From: an uncultured Actinomycetes bacterium
GTDB taxonomy: Bacteria > Actinomycetota > Thermoleophilia > UBA2241
Length of the DNA: 64,000 nucleotides
Assembly: GCA_963755025.1 (NCBI GenBank)
Contig: CAVWIH010000034.1
Coordinates: 64,001 to 128,000, forward strand
Reading direction: 5' to 3'
Shown here in pieces: positions 1 through 12,625 of the stretch. The translations under genes were made by a program, and so were the position numbers. The first letter of the stretch is position 1; the number at the start of each line of letters is the position of its first letter. The notes under the pieces are model-generated. The model was not told where the DNA came from, made no database searches, and was given only the letters and a program-made list of their open reading frames with translations.

Positions 1-697
1 CAGCGCCGCCGCCGCCGCAGGGCTGCTCTCGGTGCAGGGGTACAAGACGGCCGTCGCCGGCAACGTCCTTCAGGGCGACTCCAAGGCGACACTCGTCTAC
101 GCCACGCAGGCCTACGCGGGCAATGCCCGCGCGCTGGCCGCCATGCTCGCTCCCGGCCGCGTCGTGATCGTCGCTCGCGCCCCCGGCGTGCAGCCCGGCG
201 TCGCCGTCGTCCTGGGCCCCTCGTACACGGGCACGCTCGTGCTGCCCACTAAGGCGGCGACCGGCCCCGCTCTCACGCTGCACAGCCCGCAAGACGTCGC
301 CGAGTGGCACGCCCTTGCCCTCAAGACCAAGCTCAAGATCCGCATGCCCAGCGCCTGGCTGCCCGGGTTCGCCTACGACTGGTCAATGTCGCGCGCCTAC
401 ACGATCGCCAGTGACCACGGCGGCCGGGCGGCCGTGGTCGTGGTCGGCACCACCGGCACCGGCGGGTACTGGCACATCGAGGAGACCGACTGGAGCGACC
501 CGCCCGCGATCGCCTCGCCCGACAGCTCGACCGTCGTCAAGGGCGTGCGCTACCTACAGTTCTACGACGGCAACAAGCTCCACATGGTCGCCTGGAAGCT
601 CCACAAGGACCTGTTCTGGGTGGCCAACACCCTCGATAACGAGCTTGCCAACGACACGATGATGGGACTTGCCACGTCGTTTACCGGCGTGAAGTGA
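1..697 (+). CDS. C-terminal part of a probable LCP (LytR-CpsA-Psr) family envelope protein (LytR_C-like domain plus extra C-terminal domain); 5' end lies outside the window
   Basis: Frame is open from the window edge. It has a LytR_C-like stretch (GYKTAVAGN...TLVY...A..LA.....VVLG) and a C-terminal YLQFYDGNKLHMVAW...WVANTL domain. Its stop overlaps the next LCP-like gene (GTGA). Confidence 0.55.
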   Translation, partial: SAAAAAGLLSVQGYKTAVAGNVLQGDSKATLVYATQAYAGNARALAAMLAPGRVVIVARAPGVQPGVAVVLGPSYTGTLVLPTKAATGPALTLHSPQDVAEWHALALKTKLKIRMPSAWLPGFAYDWSMSRAYTIASDHGGRAAVVVVGTTGTGGYWHIEETDWSDPPAIASPDSSTVVKGVRYLQFYDGNKLHMVAWKLHKDLFWVANTLDNELANDTMMGLATSFTGVK

Positions 698-2550
698 GCC
701 GCAGGCTCGTGCCGCGGCGCCTCGACCCCTGGGCGGCGCTGCTGCTCGGCGTGGCGGTCGCGCTGGGCGTCATCATCCTGCTCGCCACCCCCGGACCCTG
801 GCACAAGGTGGTGCCGGCCGTGGCCAAGCGGCCGCCACTCGCCCCGCCGGCGCCGCCGCGCGATATCGCCGTCTTTCTCAAGGGCCCCAGCCACGAGGGC
901 TTCGCCGGGGCGCTGTGGCTGCACATCGACTACGAGCAGTCGCATTTCACGGCCGTCGTCGTGCCGGTGAGCCTGGCCTGCGACCTGCCGAGTGCCGGAC
1001 AACTGCCGCTGTCCGAGATCGTCGATAAGGCCGGACCGCGGGTCGCCGCGGCGGCGCTGGGCGACCGGCTGTCGGTCGCGTTCGGCTCGTGGATCACGCT
1101 CGACCCCGAGTCGGTGCGTGTCGCGCTTCCCGGATTCGTCACGTCCGCCACCGCGAGCCTGCATCGTCCCGCGTTGACGCTCACCGGCGTCTGGGCGCTC
1201 GACCAGGCGCCGCTCGTCGCCCTGCAGCGCCAGATGCGGTACCTGCAGTTCGCGCTCAAGGACGGGCTCACCGACGAGATCAACCTCGACGGCTTCGTGA
1301 ACTACGTGCTGGGCTCAAACGACGTCAGCACCACGCTGCGCCTGCAGGCGGCCTCGGCGATCGGCGCGGCCCTCGACAGCGCTGGTCCCGGAGATGTCGT
1401 CGCAAGCTCGCTGCCGGCGATCGTGCATCGTCGCGGCGGCTACGAGCGCTGGTCGGTGTCGCCGGCGGCGCTGCTCGCGCTGCGTCAGTCACTGGCCTTC
1501 GACGCGGCGCCTCCCGTCTACCAGCCCGCGTTGAGCGTGCGGCCCGCCGGCCACACCGTGGTCGTCCTGACCTCGCCCCTGGGGCGTTTCACGGCGACCT
1601 ATCGCACCGCGTTCGCGCGAGCGCTGCGGTCGTACGGCGCAGGCGCGGCGACGGTCGAGTTGCGCGCCGTCACCACCCCCACCGCGGCCATCCGGGTGCT
1701 CGCCCGACCGGCCAGCGGCACGCCCCTGGGCATCGTCGTGGCGCTCGGCCGATCGGCGAAAGGCGCGGTGTCGCCGAGGCGCACGACCACGCTGCTGAGC
1801 GCGGCGCTGGGGACGGTCCTTGCCTCTGAGGTGCCGGCGGTGGTGTCCGAGGCGCCGGCCACCCCGGCGGCGGTCAACAAGGTCATCGACGCGCAGGCCA
1901 AGCGCGCCGGCCTGCCCCTGTCGCCGGTCGCGGCCGCGCTCGCCGCGCCGAGCACCTCTGCCACGCCGCGCCCCTCCGCTAGGCCGACCGCACGCGCCAC
2001 GCCGACTTCGGGCGCCACGCCGACCGCGGGCGCCACGATCGCCGTCGGCGCTACGCCGGCCGCGGGCGCGACGACCGCCGGTCCCACACCGACCGCGGGC
2101 GCTACCGCCGCCGCGAGCCCTCGGCCCACGCCCGCCGCCGCGGCATCGTCCGCCGCCGCCGGCGCCCCGCTCACCACCGCCCTGGTCGAGGCCTGGGCCC
2201 GACTCGACGCGGCGACCTTTGTGCGCGCCGTGCAGCCCGCGTTCTTCGCCCCGCGCCTCGCGGCGACGGGGCTTGGGGTCACCTATTACGATCGCACACG
2301 CACGAACGTCATCGTGGCAGGCCCCGCGGCCGCCGCCGGGCGCCTGGCGACGCGCCTCGACGTGTTCGGCTACGCGGCGAAGGCCGGCTCGACCGGCTTG
2401 CCGGCGACCCCCCTGTTGCCGGTGATCTACTACCAGCCCGGCGACCGCTGGCTGGCCAGGGCCCTGGCGGGCGATCTCGGGCTGCCCGCGTCGCAGGTCG
2501 TGGCCGCCCTCAGGGCGCCGGCGGCGCTCACCGTGGTCCTGCCGCGCTGA
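694..2550 (+). CDS. Divergent LCP-like membrane-anchored protein with Ala/Thr/Pro-rich linker and C-terminal LytR_C-like domain
   Basis: N-terminal TM helix, LCP-like core (VVVPVSL...QRQMRYL), T/P/A-rich low-complexity linker, and a C-terminal IYYQPG...ARALAGDLG...LTVVL segment. Confidence 0.5.
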   Translation: MSRRLVPRRLDPWAALLLGVAVALGVIILLATPGPWHKVVPAVAKRPPLAPPAPPRDIAVFLKGPSHEGFAGALWLHIDYEQSHFTAVVVPVSLACDLPSAGQLPLSEIVDKAGPRVAAAALGDRLSVAFGSWITLDPESVRVALPGFVTSATASLHRPALTLTGVWALDQAPLVALQRQMRYLQFALKDGLTDEINLDGFVNYVLGSNDVSTTLRLQAASAIGAALDSAGPGDVVASSLPAIVHRRGGYERWSVSPAALLALRQSLAFDAAPPVYQPALSVRPAGHTVVVLTSPLGRFTATYRTAFARALRSYGAGAATVELRAVTTPTAAIRVLARPASGTPLGIVVALGRSAKGAVSPRRTTTLLSAALGTVLASEVPAVVSEAPATPAAVNKVIDAQAKRAGLPLSPVAAALAAPSTSATPRPSARPTARATPTSGATPTAGATIAVGATPAAGATTAGPTPTAGATAAASPRPTPAAAASSAAAGAPLTTALVEAWARLDAATFVRAVQPAFFAPRLAATGLGVTYYDRTRTNVIVAGPAAAAGRLATRLDVFGYAAKAGSTGLPATPLLPVIYYQPGDRWLARALAGDLGLPASQVVAALRAPAALTVVLPR

Positions 2551-2568
2551 AGCAGGGAGCGGGAACGA

Positions 2569-2596
2569 CGAAGCGCCCCGTTGCCGGGGCGCTTCG
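2569..2596. terminator. Probable bidirectional terminator hairpin between convergent genes
   Basis: CGAAGCGCCCCG-ttgc-CGGGGCGCTTCG, a perfect 12-bp stem between two convergent stop codons. Confidence 0.7.
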
Positions 2597-2625
2597 GTGT
2601 GATGACCGCGTGAAGAGAAGGTGTT

Positions 2626-2991
2626 CTAGGCGGCGAGTCGCTTGCGCAACAGAAGGCCGCCGCTCATGAGCGCCAGGCCGACCCCGAAGATGGCGATGGT
2701 CGAGCCGCCGGTGAACATGAGGCCGCCGGTCTGGGCGGTGGGAGCGGAGAGGCTGGACAGGAAGTCTTCGAGGACGCCCTCGACCTTGGTGTACTGCGTG
2801 AGCGAGGGGTCGCTCTTCACGAACGTCAGCGCCGCCTGCACCTGGGCCGCCGTGTAAGTGCCGTCGAGGTGGCCGTCTTGCGCGTCTTTGATGATCGCGG
2901 TCGTCGTGCCCGAAGCCGCCTGCGCGACAGACGCGACCATGAGCAGCGCGACGACCGCTAGGACTGCGATGGTCACGATCTTCATTTTCAT
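2626..2991 (-). CDS. Small secreted protein with C-terminal sortase-type sorting signal (LMFTG + TM + basic tail)
   Basis: Signal peptide MKMKIVTIAVLAVVALLMVASVAQA; C-terminus GGLMFTGG-hydrophobic helix-RKR; GGAGG SD upstream. Confidence 0.7.
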   Translation of the reverse strand: MKMKIVTIAVLAVVALLMVASVAQAASGTTTAIIKDAQDGHLDGTYTAAQVQAALTFVKSDPSLTQYTKVEGVLEDFLSSLSAPTAQTGGLMFTGGSTIAIFGVGLALMSGGLLLRKRLAA

Positions 2992-3145
2992 GGAGACCCC
3001 CTCCAGATACGGTCTACTGATTGCCTGCTCGACTACTGCTGTATGAGTAGATTCGATACGTAGTTCTTATACCATGCCGGTCGGACGACTGTCATCTGCT
3101 TAGTCGCCTGGTGGCGGTACCGCTCTGCGCACGTATACTGCCCGT

Positions 3146-5350
3146 GTGGAACCTGCAGAAGCGATCCTGGGCGACAGGCCCGCCGCCTCGCGCCGCGGCT
3201 ACGACGTCCTCGCGCGCCGCCTCGCCCTGTCGTTGCCCGTAGCGGCCGTCCTGGCCGCGATCCTTGCGCTCTCGTTCCTCTCCGGCGGCTACATCTTTTC
3301 CCGGACGGCCCCGGTGGTAGTCATCCTCCTTCCGTTGGCGGCCGTCTGGGTCTGGCTCGCGCCGCGTCGCCCCCGCCTCGACGCGACCGCCCTTGTCGCC
3401 CTCTCGGCGCTCGCGCTGTTCGCCCTCTGGGAGGGGCTGTCGATCGCCTGGTCGGTGGGCCCCGACCTGTCGTGGGTCGCCTTCGACGTCACCCTGCTGT
3501 ACCTGATCGTCGCGTGCGTCGCGACGGTCACGCCGGCCGGTCCCGCCCAGCTGCGCCTGGCCGGCTACGGCTTCGCCTGCGTCATGGTCCCGGTGGCGCT
3601 CTACGCGTTTCTCGGAAAAGTGTTGCCCGAGGTGGTGACGCACGCCCACCTCTACGCTCGCCTGAGCGCGCCGATCGGCTACTGGAACGTGCTCGCCGTC
3701 ATGCTCATGATGGCCATCTTGCCGGCGCTCGAGGGCGCCTCGCGCCGCGGCCTGCCGGCCGCGGCGCGAGGCGCCCTCGCCGGCACGCTCGCCCTCTTCC
3801 TGCTCACCTTCTTCTTCACGTTCTCGCGCGGCGGCATGCTCGCGCTGGCGCTTGCGCTGGTGGTCTACTTCGCGCTCACCAACGAGCGGCTGCAGGGCGC
3901 GCTCACGCTGGCGCTCGCCGCGGCGCCCGTGGCGGCCGTCCTGTACCATGCGCGCCACCTCGCCACCCTCTTCAACGCCACCGACAACGACGCGCTGCGC
4001 ACCGCCCAGGGCCACGCCTTCGGGCGTTGGGCGCTCCTCGCCGTCGCCGTGGCCGTCGCCGCTCAGGTCGCCGCCGCGCTGCTCGCCCGGCGCCTGCGGC
4101 TCGGCGCCCGCCTGCGCGTGGTGGTGGGCGGCGCCGTGCTGGCTCTCGCCGTGCTGATCGTGGCCGCCGGTGTGCTCTCGTACGCCGCGCGCTACGGTGG
4201 AGTGGGGGGGATGGTGCACAAGATCACCCAGCAGTTCAGCTCGTCGTCCGCGGGCGCCGACCTCAGCAACGGCGGTGCGGGACGGCTCCTCGCTTTGGGC
4301 AACGATCGCCGCATCCCCATGATCCGCGAGGGCCTGCGCAGCTTCCCGGCCCACCCGCTGGCCGGCACCGGGGCCGGCACATTCGCCTTCGTCAACGACC
4401 TGTACCGGACCGACGCCTCGTTCGTCGTGAGGCACGCCCACGACCAGTGGGTCAACGTGCTCGCCGAGCTCGGTCTCGTCGGTCTCGTGCTGTTCGTCGT
4501 GGCCGTGGGCGGCCTGCTGGCGGCCGCCCTGCGGCCGATCGGGCGCGCGGCGCGCGACGCCGATCGCGGCCTGCTGGCCGCACTGCAGGCCGCCGCGGTG
4601 GCCTTCGTCGTGCACATCACGATCGACTGGGATTGGGACATGGCGGCCGTCGCGCTCGTCTTCTTGCTGTTCACCGGCGTCGCCGCCGCCTACGTGCGCC
4701 GCCGGCGCGCCGAGCACGCCGCCTCCGCCCTCGCGCCGGCCGCTCTCGCTCCGTGCGACGACGCCGCCGACGGATCGGCCGCGCCCGACCCGACCGCTGA
4801 CGCCGCCGACCGATCGACCGCGCCGGCCCTGAGCGACGACGCCGCCGACGGCCCGGCCGCGCCGGCCCCGCGCGCGCGCCGCAGCCTCGACCGCTGGGCG
4901 GGGGAGCGGCGACTGGGCGCCGCCGGTCGCGCCCTGGCCACGGGCGTGCTCGTGCTGGTCGGGCTCTCCTTCGCGGCTCCCTACCTGTCGGAGCGCGCCC
5001 TTTCGCGGGCGATCGACTTGTCGGGCGCCGGCCACACGGCGGCGGCCGCCGTGCAGGCGCGCCGCGCCCATCGCTTCGACCCCCTCGCCGTCGACCCCCT
5101 GTTCACGCTCGCGCTCGTCGAGCAGCAGCAGGGCCGTGCGAGCGCCGCGCTCGCCACCCTCGAGCAGGCCGTCCGCCTGCAGCCGCGCAACTACCTGACG
5201 TTCTACCAGCTGGGCGTCATGCAGCTCGACGTGCTTGGGCAGCGCGCCCAGGCGGCGAGCTCACTGCGCCGCGCACTCGCCCTCAACCCCTTCGACGGCG
5301 ACTCGGCTGGCGAGTTGAACGCGGCGCTCGCGCCGGCCGCGACGCCCTGA
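3146..5350 (+). CDS. O-antigen ligase-like (Wzy_C) membrane protein with C-terminal TPRs
   Basis: Many TM helices; YWN, TFSRGG, GTGAGTF and HAHD..N.LAELGLVG motifs; TPR-like C-terminus. Confidence 0.85.
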   Translation: MEPAEAILGDRPAASRRGYDVLARRLALSLPVAAVLAAILALSFLSGGYIFSRTAPVVVILLPLAAVWVWLAPRRPRLDATALVALSALALFALWEGLSIAWSVGPDLSWVAFDVTLLYLIVACVATVTPAGPAQLRLAGYGFACVMVPVALYAFLGKVLPEVVTHAHLYARLSAPIGYWNVLAVMLMMAILPALEGASRRGLPAAARGALAGTLALFLLTFFFTFSRGGMLALALALVVYFALTNERLQGALTLALAAAPVAAVLYHARHLATLFNATDNDALRTAQGHAFGRWALLAVAVAVAAQVAAALLARRLRLGARLRVVVGGAVLALAVLIVAAGVLSYAARYGGVGGMVHKITQQFSSSSAGADLSNGGAGRLLALGNDRRIPMIREGLRSFPAHPLAGTGAGTFAFVNDLYRTDASFVVRHAHDQWVNVLAELGLVGLVLFVVAVGGLLAAALRPIGRAARDADRGLLAALQAAAVAFVVHITIDWDWDMAAVALVFLLFTGVAAAYVRRRRAEHAASALAPAALAPCDDAADGSAAPDPTADAADRSTAPALSDDAADGPAAPAPRARRSLDRWAGERRLGAAGRALATGVLVLVGLSFAAPYLSERALSRAIDLSGAGHTAAAAVQARRAHRFDPLAVDPLFTLALVEQQQGRASAALATLEQAVRLQPRNYLTFYQLGVMQLDVLGQRAQAASSLRRALALNPFDGDSAGELNAALAPAATP

Positions 5351-5473
5351 CGAGCGCCCGGGTGTGGCGCCGCTGTGCGGTGGGCAGACAAGCCCTCAGG
5401 GGCCGCCCCGTAACGCTGTCTCGCGACATTGGTCTGCAGTCATCTCTGGTAGACTAAGCGCCCGCCAGCACGA

Positions 5474-6835
5474 GTGAGGAGCAGATTGAACGTGCCACAA
5501 TCAGAGCGCCCCGTAGGCGTCATCGGTGTCGGGTACGTCGGTCTTGTGACCGCCGTCTGCATCGCCCACCTCGGCCATCAGGTGGTGTGCCTCGACGTCG
5601 ACGAAGCCAAGGTGGCGACCTTGCGGGCAGGCGCCGTGCCCATCTACGAGCCCGGCCTCGACGACCTCATGGCCGGGGCTCGCGACCGCCTCACGTTCAC
5701 GACCTCCTACGACGAGCTCTGCCAGGCGTCGCGCGTCCTCTTTGTGGCCGTCGACACGCCGCCGTCGCCGTCGGGCGACGCCGACATGTCGCGCGTCGAC
5801 AGCGTCGTGCGCGAAGTCGTGGCGCGCGGCGGCGAACGCCTGCTCGTCATGAAGAGCACGGTGCCGGTCGGCACCGGCGAGCGCGTCACCGCCGAGCTCG
5901 AGAGCGCCGGCGCCACGGCCATCGGCTACGTCTCCAACCCCGAGTTCCTGCGCGAAGGCGCCGCGGTCGACGACGTCCTGCACCCCGACCGCATCGTCAT
6001 CGGCTCGTACCGCGCGAGCGACGGCGACGAAGTCCAGGCGCTCTTCTCCCAGGTCGAGACGACCGTCGTGCGCACCAGCGTGGCCACCGCCGAGATGATC
6101 AAGTACGCCTCCAACGCCTTTCTGGCCACCAAGATCTCGTTCATCAACGAGATCGCCAACGTGTGCGAGGTCGTGGGCGCCGACGTGCGCGTGGTGGCCG
6201 ACGGCATGGGCCTCGACCACCGCATCGGGCCGCATTTCCTGCAGGCGGGCATCGGCTACGGCGGTTCCTGCTTTCCCAAAGACGTACAGGCGCTCAAGCA
6301 GCTCGCCGGCAACTCCGGCTACCACTTTCAGCTGCTGAACGCCGTGATCGAGGTCAATCACCTGCAGAAGCGCCGGGTCGTGGGCAAGCTGTCCGAGCGC
6401 CTCGGCCGGCTGCGCGGCAAGCACATCGCGCTGCTGGGCCTCACCTTCAAGCCCCAGACCGACGACCTGCGCGAGGCCGCCTCCATCGTGCTCGCCGGCC
6501 GGCTGCGGGCCGAAGGCGCCCGCGTGTCGGCCTACGACCCCGTGGTCGGTCCGGGCTCGCACGCCGACCTGTTCCCCGGCGTCGAGATCGCCGCGAGCGC
6601 CCTCGAGGCCTTAGACGGCGCCGACGCGGCGGTGCTCGTCACCGAGTGGCCCGAGTTCGTGGCGCTCGACTGGGTCGTGGTGCGCGAGCGCATGCGCGGC
6701 CGTCACGTGATCGACGGGCGCAACGTGTTAGACGCCGGCCGCGTGACCGCCGCCGGGCTTGTGTACGGCGGCATCGGCACCGTCGACCAGCCACTTGCGA
6801 CCGGCGACCCGGTCGGCTCTCCCGAGGCCAGGTAA
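5474..6835 (+). CDS. ugd: UDP-glucose/GDP-mannose 6-dehydrogenase
   Basis: GVGYVG Rossmann motif, KSTVPVGT, SNPEFLREG, GYGGSCFPKD with catalytic Cys. Start may be the GTG at 5492. Confidence 0.93.
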   Translation: MRSRLNVPQSERPVGVIGVGYVGLVTAVCIAHLGHQVVCLDVDEAKVATLRAGAVPIYEPGLDDLMAGARDRLTFTTSYDELCQASRVLFVAVDTPPSPSGDADMSRVDSVVREVVARGGERLLVMKSTVPVGTGERVTAELESAGATAIGYVSNPEFLREGAAVDDVLHPDRIVIGSYRASDGDEVQALFSQVETTVVRTSVATAEMIKYASNAFLATKISFINEIANVCEVVGADVRVVADGMGLDHRIGPHFLQAGIGYGGSCFPKDVQALKQLAGNSGYHFQLLNAVIEVNHLQKRRVVGKLSERLGRLRGKHIALLGLTFKPQTDDLREAASIVLAGRLRAEGARVSAYDPVVGPGSHADLFPGVEIAASALEALDGADAAVLVTEWPEFVALDWVVVRERMRGRHVIDGRNVLDAGRVTAAGLVYGGIGTVDQPLATGDPVGSPEAR

Positions 6836-6847
6836 GCTATCGCGCCC

Positions 6848-8014
6848 GTGCCCGGCGACTCGTCGTGCGCTCAAGCCGTCGTGCTGGTCGGTGGCGAGGG
6901 CACGCGCCTGCGGCCGATCACCTCGCGTGTACCCAAGCCGGTCGTGCCCCTGGTGGGCCGGCCGTTCGTGGGCTACATCCTCGAGAACCTCGCGCGCCAC
7001 GGCGTGCGGCGCGCCGTCTTTTCGGCCGGGTACCTGGCGCAGGCCCTCGAGCGCTCCATCGGCGACGGCGAGCGCTACGGCCTGTCCGTGAGCTACGTGG
7101 TCGAAGAACAGCCGCTAGGCACCGCCGGGGCCATCAAGAACGTCCAGTCCGAGCTCGACGGCGGCTGCCTGTACGCCTTTAACGGCGACGTCCTCACCGA
7201 CGTCGACCTGACCGCCATGACCGCCTTCCACAGGGAGCGGGGAGCGCTCGCCACCATCCTCCTCACCCGGGTCGACGACCCGCGGCGCTACGGCCTGGTC
7301 GAGATCGACGACGACGGCCGGGTGGCCGAGTTCGTCGAAAAGCCGGGCGCCGAGTACGCCGTGCCGGCGCACGGCGCCCTCATCAACGCCGGCGTGTACC
7401 TGCTCGAACCCGAGGTGCTCGACATGATCCCGGCCGGCAAGCAGCTCTCGATCGAGCGCGGCGTGTTTCCGCAACTGGCCGCCGGCGGACGCCTGTACGC
7501 CTTCGTCTCCGACGCCTACTGGCGCGACATCGGCACGCCCGACAGCTACCTGCAGGCGCACTTCGACCTGTTGCAGAGCACGATCGCCACCAGCGTCTCG
7601 CGCGACGTCGGCTCGTCGTACCTGTTCGTGGCGCCCGACGCCGTCATCGCGCCCGGCGCCAAGGTCATACCTCCCGCGCACGTGGGGAGCGGCACCACCC
7701 TCGCCGCCGGCAGTCGCGTAGGGCCGCTCGCCGTCGTCGGCGAGGGCTGCGTGGTCGAACGCGGCGCCGAAGTCATCGAGTCCGTCGTGCAAGACGGCGT
7801 CACGGTCGGCGCGCGCACCTCGATCGAGCGCAGCGTGATCGTGAGCGGCGCCTCGTTGGGCGAGAACAGCCACGTCGTGAACGCCGTCATAGGCGATGGC
7901 TGTCGGGTCGGCGCCGACAACGTCATCGCCAACGGCTGCTGCCTGTTCCCCGAAACGGTGCTCGCCGACGGCGCCATGAAGTTTCGCGAGTTCGACGGAG
8001 TGGAGGGCCGATGA
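6848..8014 (+). CDS. NDP-sugar pyrophosphorylase (mannose-1-phosphate guanylyltransferase-like) with hexapeptide LbH tail
   Basis: LVGGEGTRLRP, PKP, EEQPLGTAGA, NGD and WRDIGTP motifs; hexapeptide repeats. Confidence 0.88.
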   Translation: MPGDSSCAQAVVLVGGEGTRLRPITSRVPKPVVPLVGRPFVGYILENLARHGVRRAVFSAGYLAQALERSIGDGERYGLSVSYVVEEQPLGTAGAIKNVQSELDGGCLYAFNGDVLTDVDLTAMTAFHRERGALATILLTRVDDPRRYGLVEIDDDGRVAEFVEKPGAEYAVPAHGALINAGVYLLEPEVLDMIPAGKQLSIERGVFPQLAAGGRLYAFVSDAYWRDIGTPDSYLQAHFDLLQSTIATSVSRDVGSSYLFVAPDAVIAPGAKVIPPAHVGSGTTLAAGSRVGPLAVVGEGCVVERGAEVIESVVQDGVTVGARTSIERSVIVSGASLGENSHVVNAVIGDGCRVGADNVIANGCCLFPETVLADGAMKFREFDGVEGR

Positions 8015-9366
8015 CCGTCTCGCCCGATGCCTTCAAGGCCTACGACGTGCGAGGTCTCTACCCTCAGGAGCTCGACGCCGAAGGCGCCCGGCGCATAGGC
8101 GCCGCCCTGGCGGAGCAGCTCGGCGCCCGCAGTCTGGCCGTCGCGCACGACCCGCGGCTCTCGTCGCCCGAGCTCGCCGCCGCCTTCGCCGTGGGCGCCG
8201 AGTCGGCGGGGGCGCAGGTCACGAGCTTCGGCATGACCCCGACCGAGATGCTCTACTTCGGGGTCGCCGACCGCGGTCTCGACGGCGGCGCCGCGGTGAC
8301 GGCGTCGCACAACCCGCCCGAGTACAACGGCATGAAGCTGGTCGGCGAGGGCGCCCTGCCGCTGTCGGGCGACGCCGGCATCCCCGAGCTCAAGCGGCGC
8401 GTGGCCGACATGGCGAGCGCGCCGCCCGCCGGCGAGCCGCACGTCATAGCCGACGACCTCTACCCCGATTACGTGCGCCACCTGCTCGCCCAGGTCGACG
8501 CCGCGAGTCTGCGGCCCTACCGCGTCGTGATGGACGCCACCAACGGCGCCGCCGGCAAGCTCGCGCCCCTGGTCTTCGACCGCACGCCGATCGAGCGCGT
8601 CGAGCTCTACTTCGACGTCGACGGGAGCTTCCCCAACCACGCCCCCAACCCGCTCCTCGAAGAGAACAGCCGCGAGCTGCGCGAACGCGTGGTCGCCGAA
8701 CAGGCCGAGCTCGGCATAGCCTGGGACGGCGACGCCGACCGCTGCTTCTTCATCGACGAGAACGGCGCCTTCGTGCCCGGCGACTTCGTCACCGCGCTGC
8801 TCGCCGAGGCCCTGCTCGTGCGCAACCCGGGGGCGAAGATCCTCTACGACCTGCGCGCCAGCCGCGCCGTGCCCGACACCATCCGGGCCTGCGGCGGCGA
8901 GGCGCTCATCAACCGTGTGGGCCACGCCTTCTTCAAGCAGCGCATGCGCCGCGAAGAGGTGCTGTTCGGCGGCGAGGTCTCGGGCCACTACTACTTCAAG
9001 GCCAACCACAACGCCGACTCAGGCTTCATTCCGGCGCTGCTCATCCTCGAGCTGCTCTCGCACAAGCGCGCCACCATGGCCGAGCTGCTCGAGCCGCTGC
9101 GCGCCCGCTACTTCATCTCGGGCGAGATCAACTCGCGAGTCGACGACGTGCCGGCGGCGCTGGCGCGGATCGAAGCACGCTTCGCCGACGGCGAGATCGG
9201 CCACCTCGACGGCGTCTCGGTCGACTATCCCGACTGGCACTTCAACGTACGCGCCTCGAACACCGAACCGCTGCTGCGCCTCAACCTGGGCGCGGCCAGC
9301 GCGGCGCAGATGCAGGAGAAACGCGACCTGGTGCTGTCGGTCATGCTGCCAGGGGGCGCCTCGTGA
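8011..9366 (+). CDS. manB: Phosphomannomutase/phosphoglucomutase
   Basis: FKAYDVRG, TASHNP (phospho-Ser), DGDADR metal loop, GEVSGH, RASNTEP. Confidence 0.92.
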   Translation: MTVSPDAFKAYDVRGLYPQELDAEGARRIGAALAEQLGARSLAVAHDPRLSSPELAAAFAVGAESAGAQVTSFGMTPTEMLYFGVADRGLDGGAAVTASHNPPEYNGMKLVGEGALPLSGDAGIPELKRRVADMASAPPAGEPHVIADDLYPDYVRHLLAQVDAASLRPYRVVMDATNGAAGKLAPLVFDRTPIERVELYFDVDGSFPNHAPNPLLEENSRELRERVVAEQAELGIAWDGDADRCFFIDENGAFVPGDFVTALLAEALLVRNPGAKILYDLRASRAVPDTIRACGGEALINRVGHAFFKQRMRREEVLFGGEVSGHYYFKANHNADSGFIPALLILELLSHKRATMAELLEPLRARYFISGEINSRVDDVPAALARIEARFADGEIGHLDGVSVDYPDWHFNVRASNTEPLLRLNLGAASAAQMQEKRDLVLSVMLPGGAS

Positions 9367-10483
9367 GCGCCGACGGCGTGACCGACGCGGGTGCGCGCGT
9401 GACGAGCGACGAGCTCGGCGCCGCCCGCGTGGCCGAGCTCGACAGCGACGGCCAGTTCGCCACCGTGGCGCGCCTGGCCGACCAGCTCGAAGAGGGCTAC
9501 ACCCACGCCGTGGCCGGCCTGCTGGGCAAGCGCCTCATGGCCGCCGAGCGGCCCGACGGCGTCGTGGCCTGCGGCATGGGCGGCTCCGCGATCGGCGCCG
9601 ACGTCATCGGCGCCTGCCTCGCCGGGCTGCCGGTGCCCTATCAGGTGGTGCGCGGCTACGAGCTGCCGGCCTGGGTCTCCGAGCGCACGCTCGTGCTGGC
9701 GGTGAGCTACTCGGGCAACACCGCCGAGACGCTCGCCTGCGTCGAGCGCGCGCTGCCGCGGGGCTGCCGGCCGGTCTGCGTGGCGTCGGGCGGTCGGCTG
9801 GCCGCGCTTGCCGCGCAGCACGCCCTGCCGCTCGTCGCGGTGCCGGGGGGCCTGCAGCCGCGGGCCTCGATCGGTCACCTGGCCATGCCGGTCGGCGCCG
9901 CCCTCGAGGCGGCCGGTCTGGCGCCGGGCTTCGACGAACAGGTCGCCGAGGCCATCGAGGTCGTCGCCGCACTCGGCGCCGAGCTCGGCCCCGGCGTACC
10001 CGACGACGACAACGAGGCCAAGTCGATCGCCCGCCGGCTGGTCGATCGCCTGCCCGTCATCTACGGCGCGGGCGTCACGGCGCCGGCAGCGCGGCGCTGG
10101 AAGGGCGAGATCAACGAGAACGCCAAAGCGCCGGCCTTCTTCAACGAGCTGCCCGAGCTCGACCACAACGAGATCGCCGGTTGGGAGAGCAACCCCGGCG
10201 TGGCGGAGCGCGCCGTGCTCGTCATGCTCGACGATCCCGCCGGCGACGAGCGCCTGCGGCGCCGCATGGACTTCACGGCGGCGATCGTGGCGCCTCGCGT
10301 GGCCGGCGTGGTGCGCGTGGCCAGCCGCGGCGTGCTGCCGCTGGCGCGCCTCATCTCGAGCGCCTACGTGGGCGACTTCGCCTCGCTCTACCTGGCCCTG
10401 CTCTACGGCGTCGACCCCGCGCCGGTCACCGCCATCGAAGACTTGAAGGTGCGCCTGGCGGCCCAGGGCGGCGCGGCGCCGTC

Positions 10484-10487
<4 letters not shown>
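9363..10487 (+). CDS. Bifunctional phosphoglucose/phosphomannose isomerase (SIS domain)
   Basis: GMGGSAIG, SYSGNT.ET, QPR, RWK..INENAK and PELDHNEI motifs. Confidence 0.92.
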
Positions 10488-12520
<2,033 letters not shown>

Positions 12521-12625
12521 GTCCATCCGGTCGAGCGGCGCGACGGGGGCTCGCTGAGCCCCCGTCGCGCCGCCACACCGCCGGCGTCATGCGCCGCCCG
12601 CCGGCCAGCGCAAGGACCACGCCCG

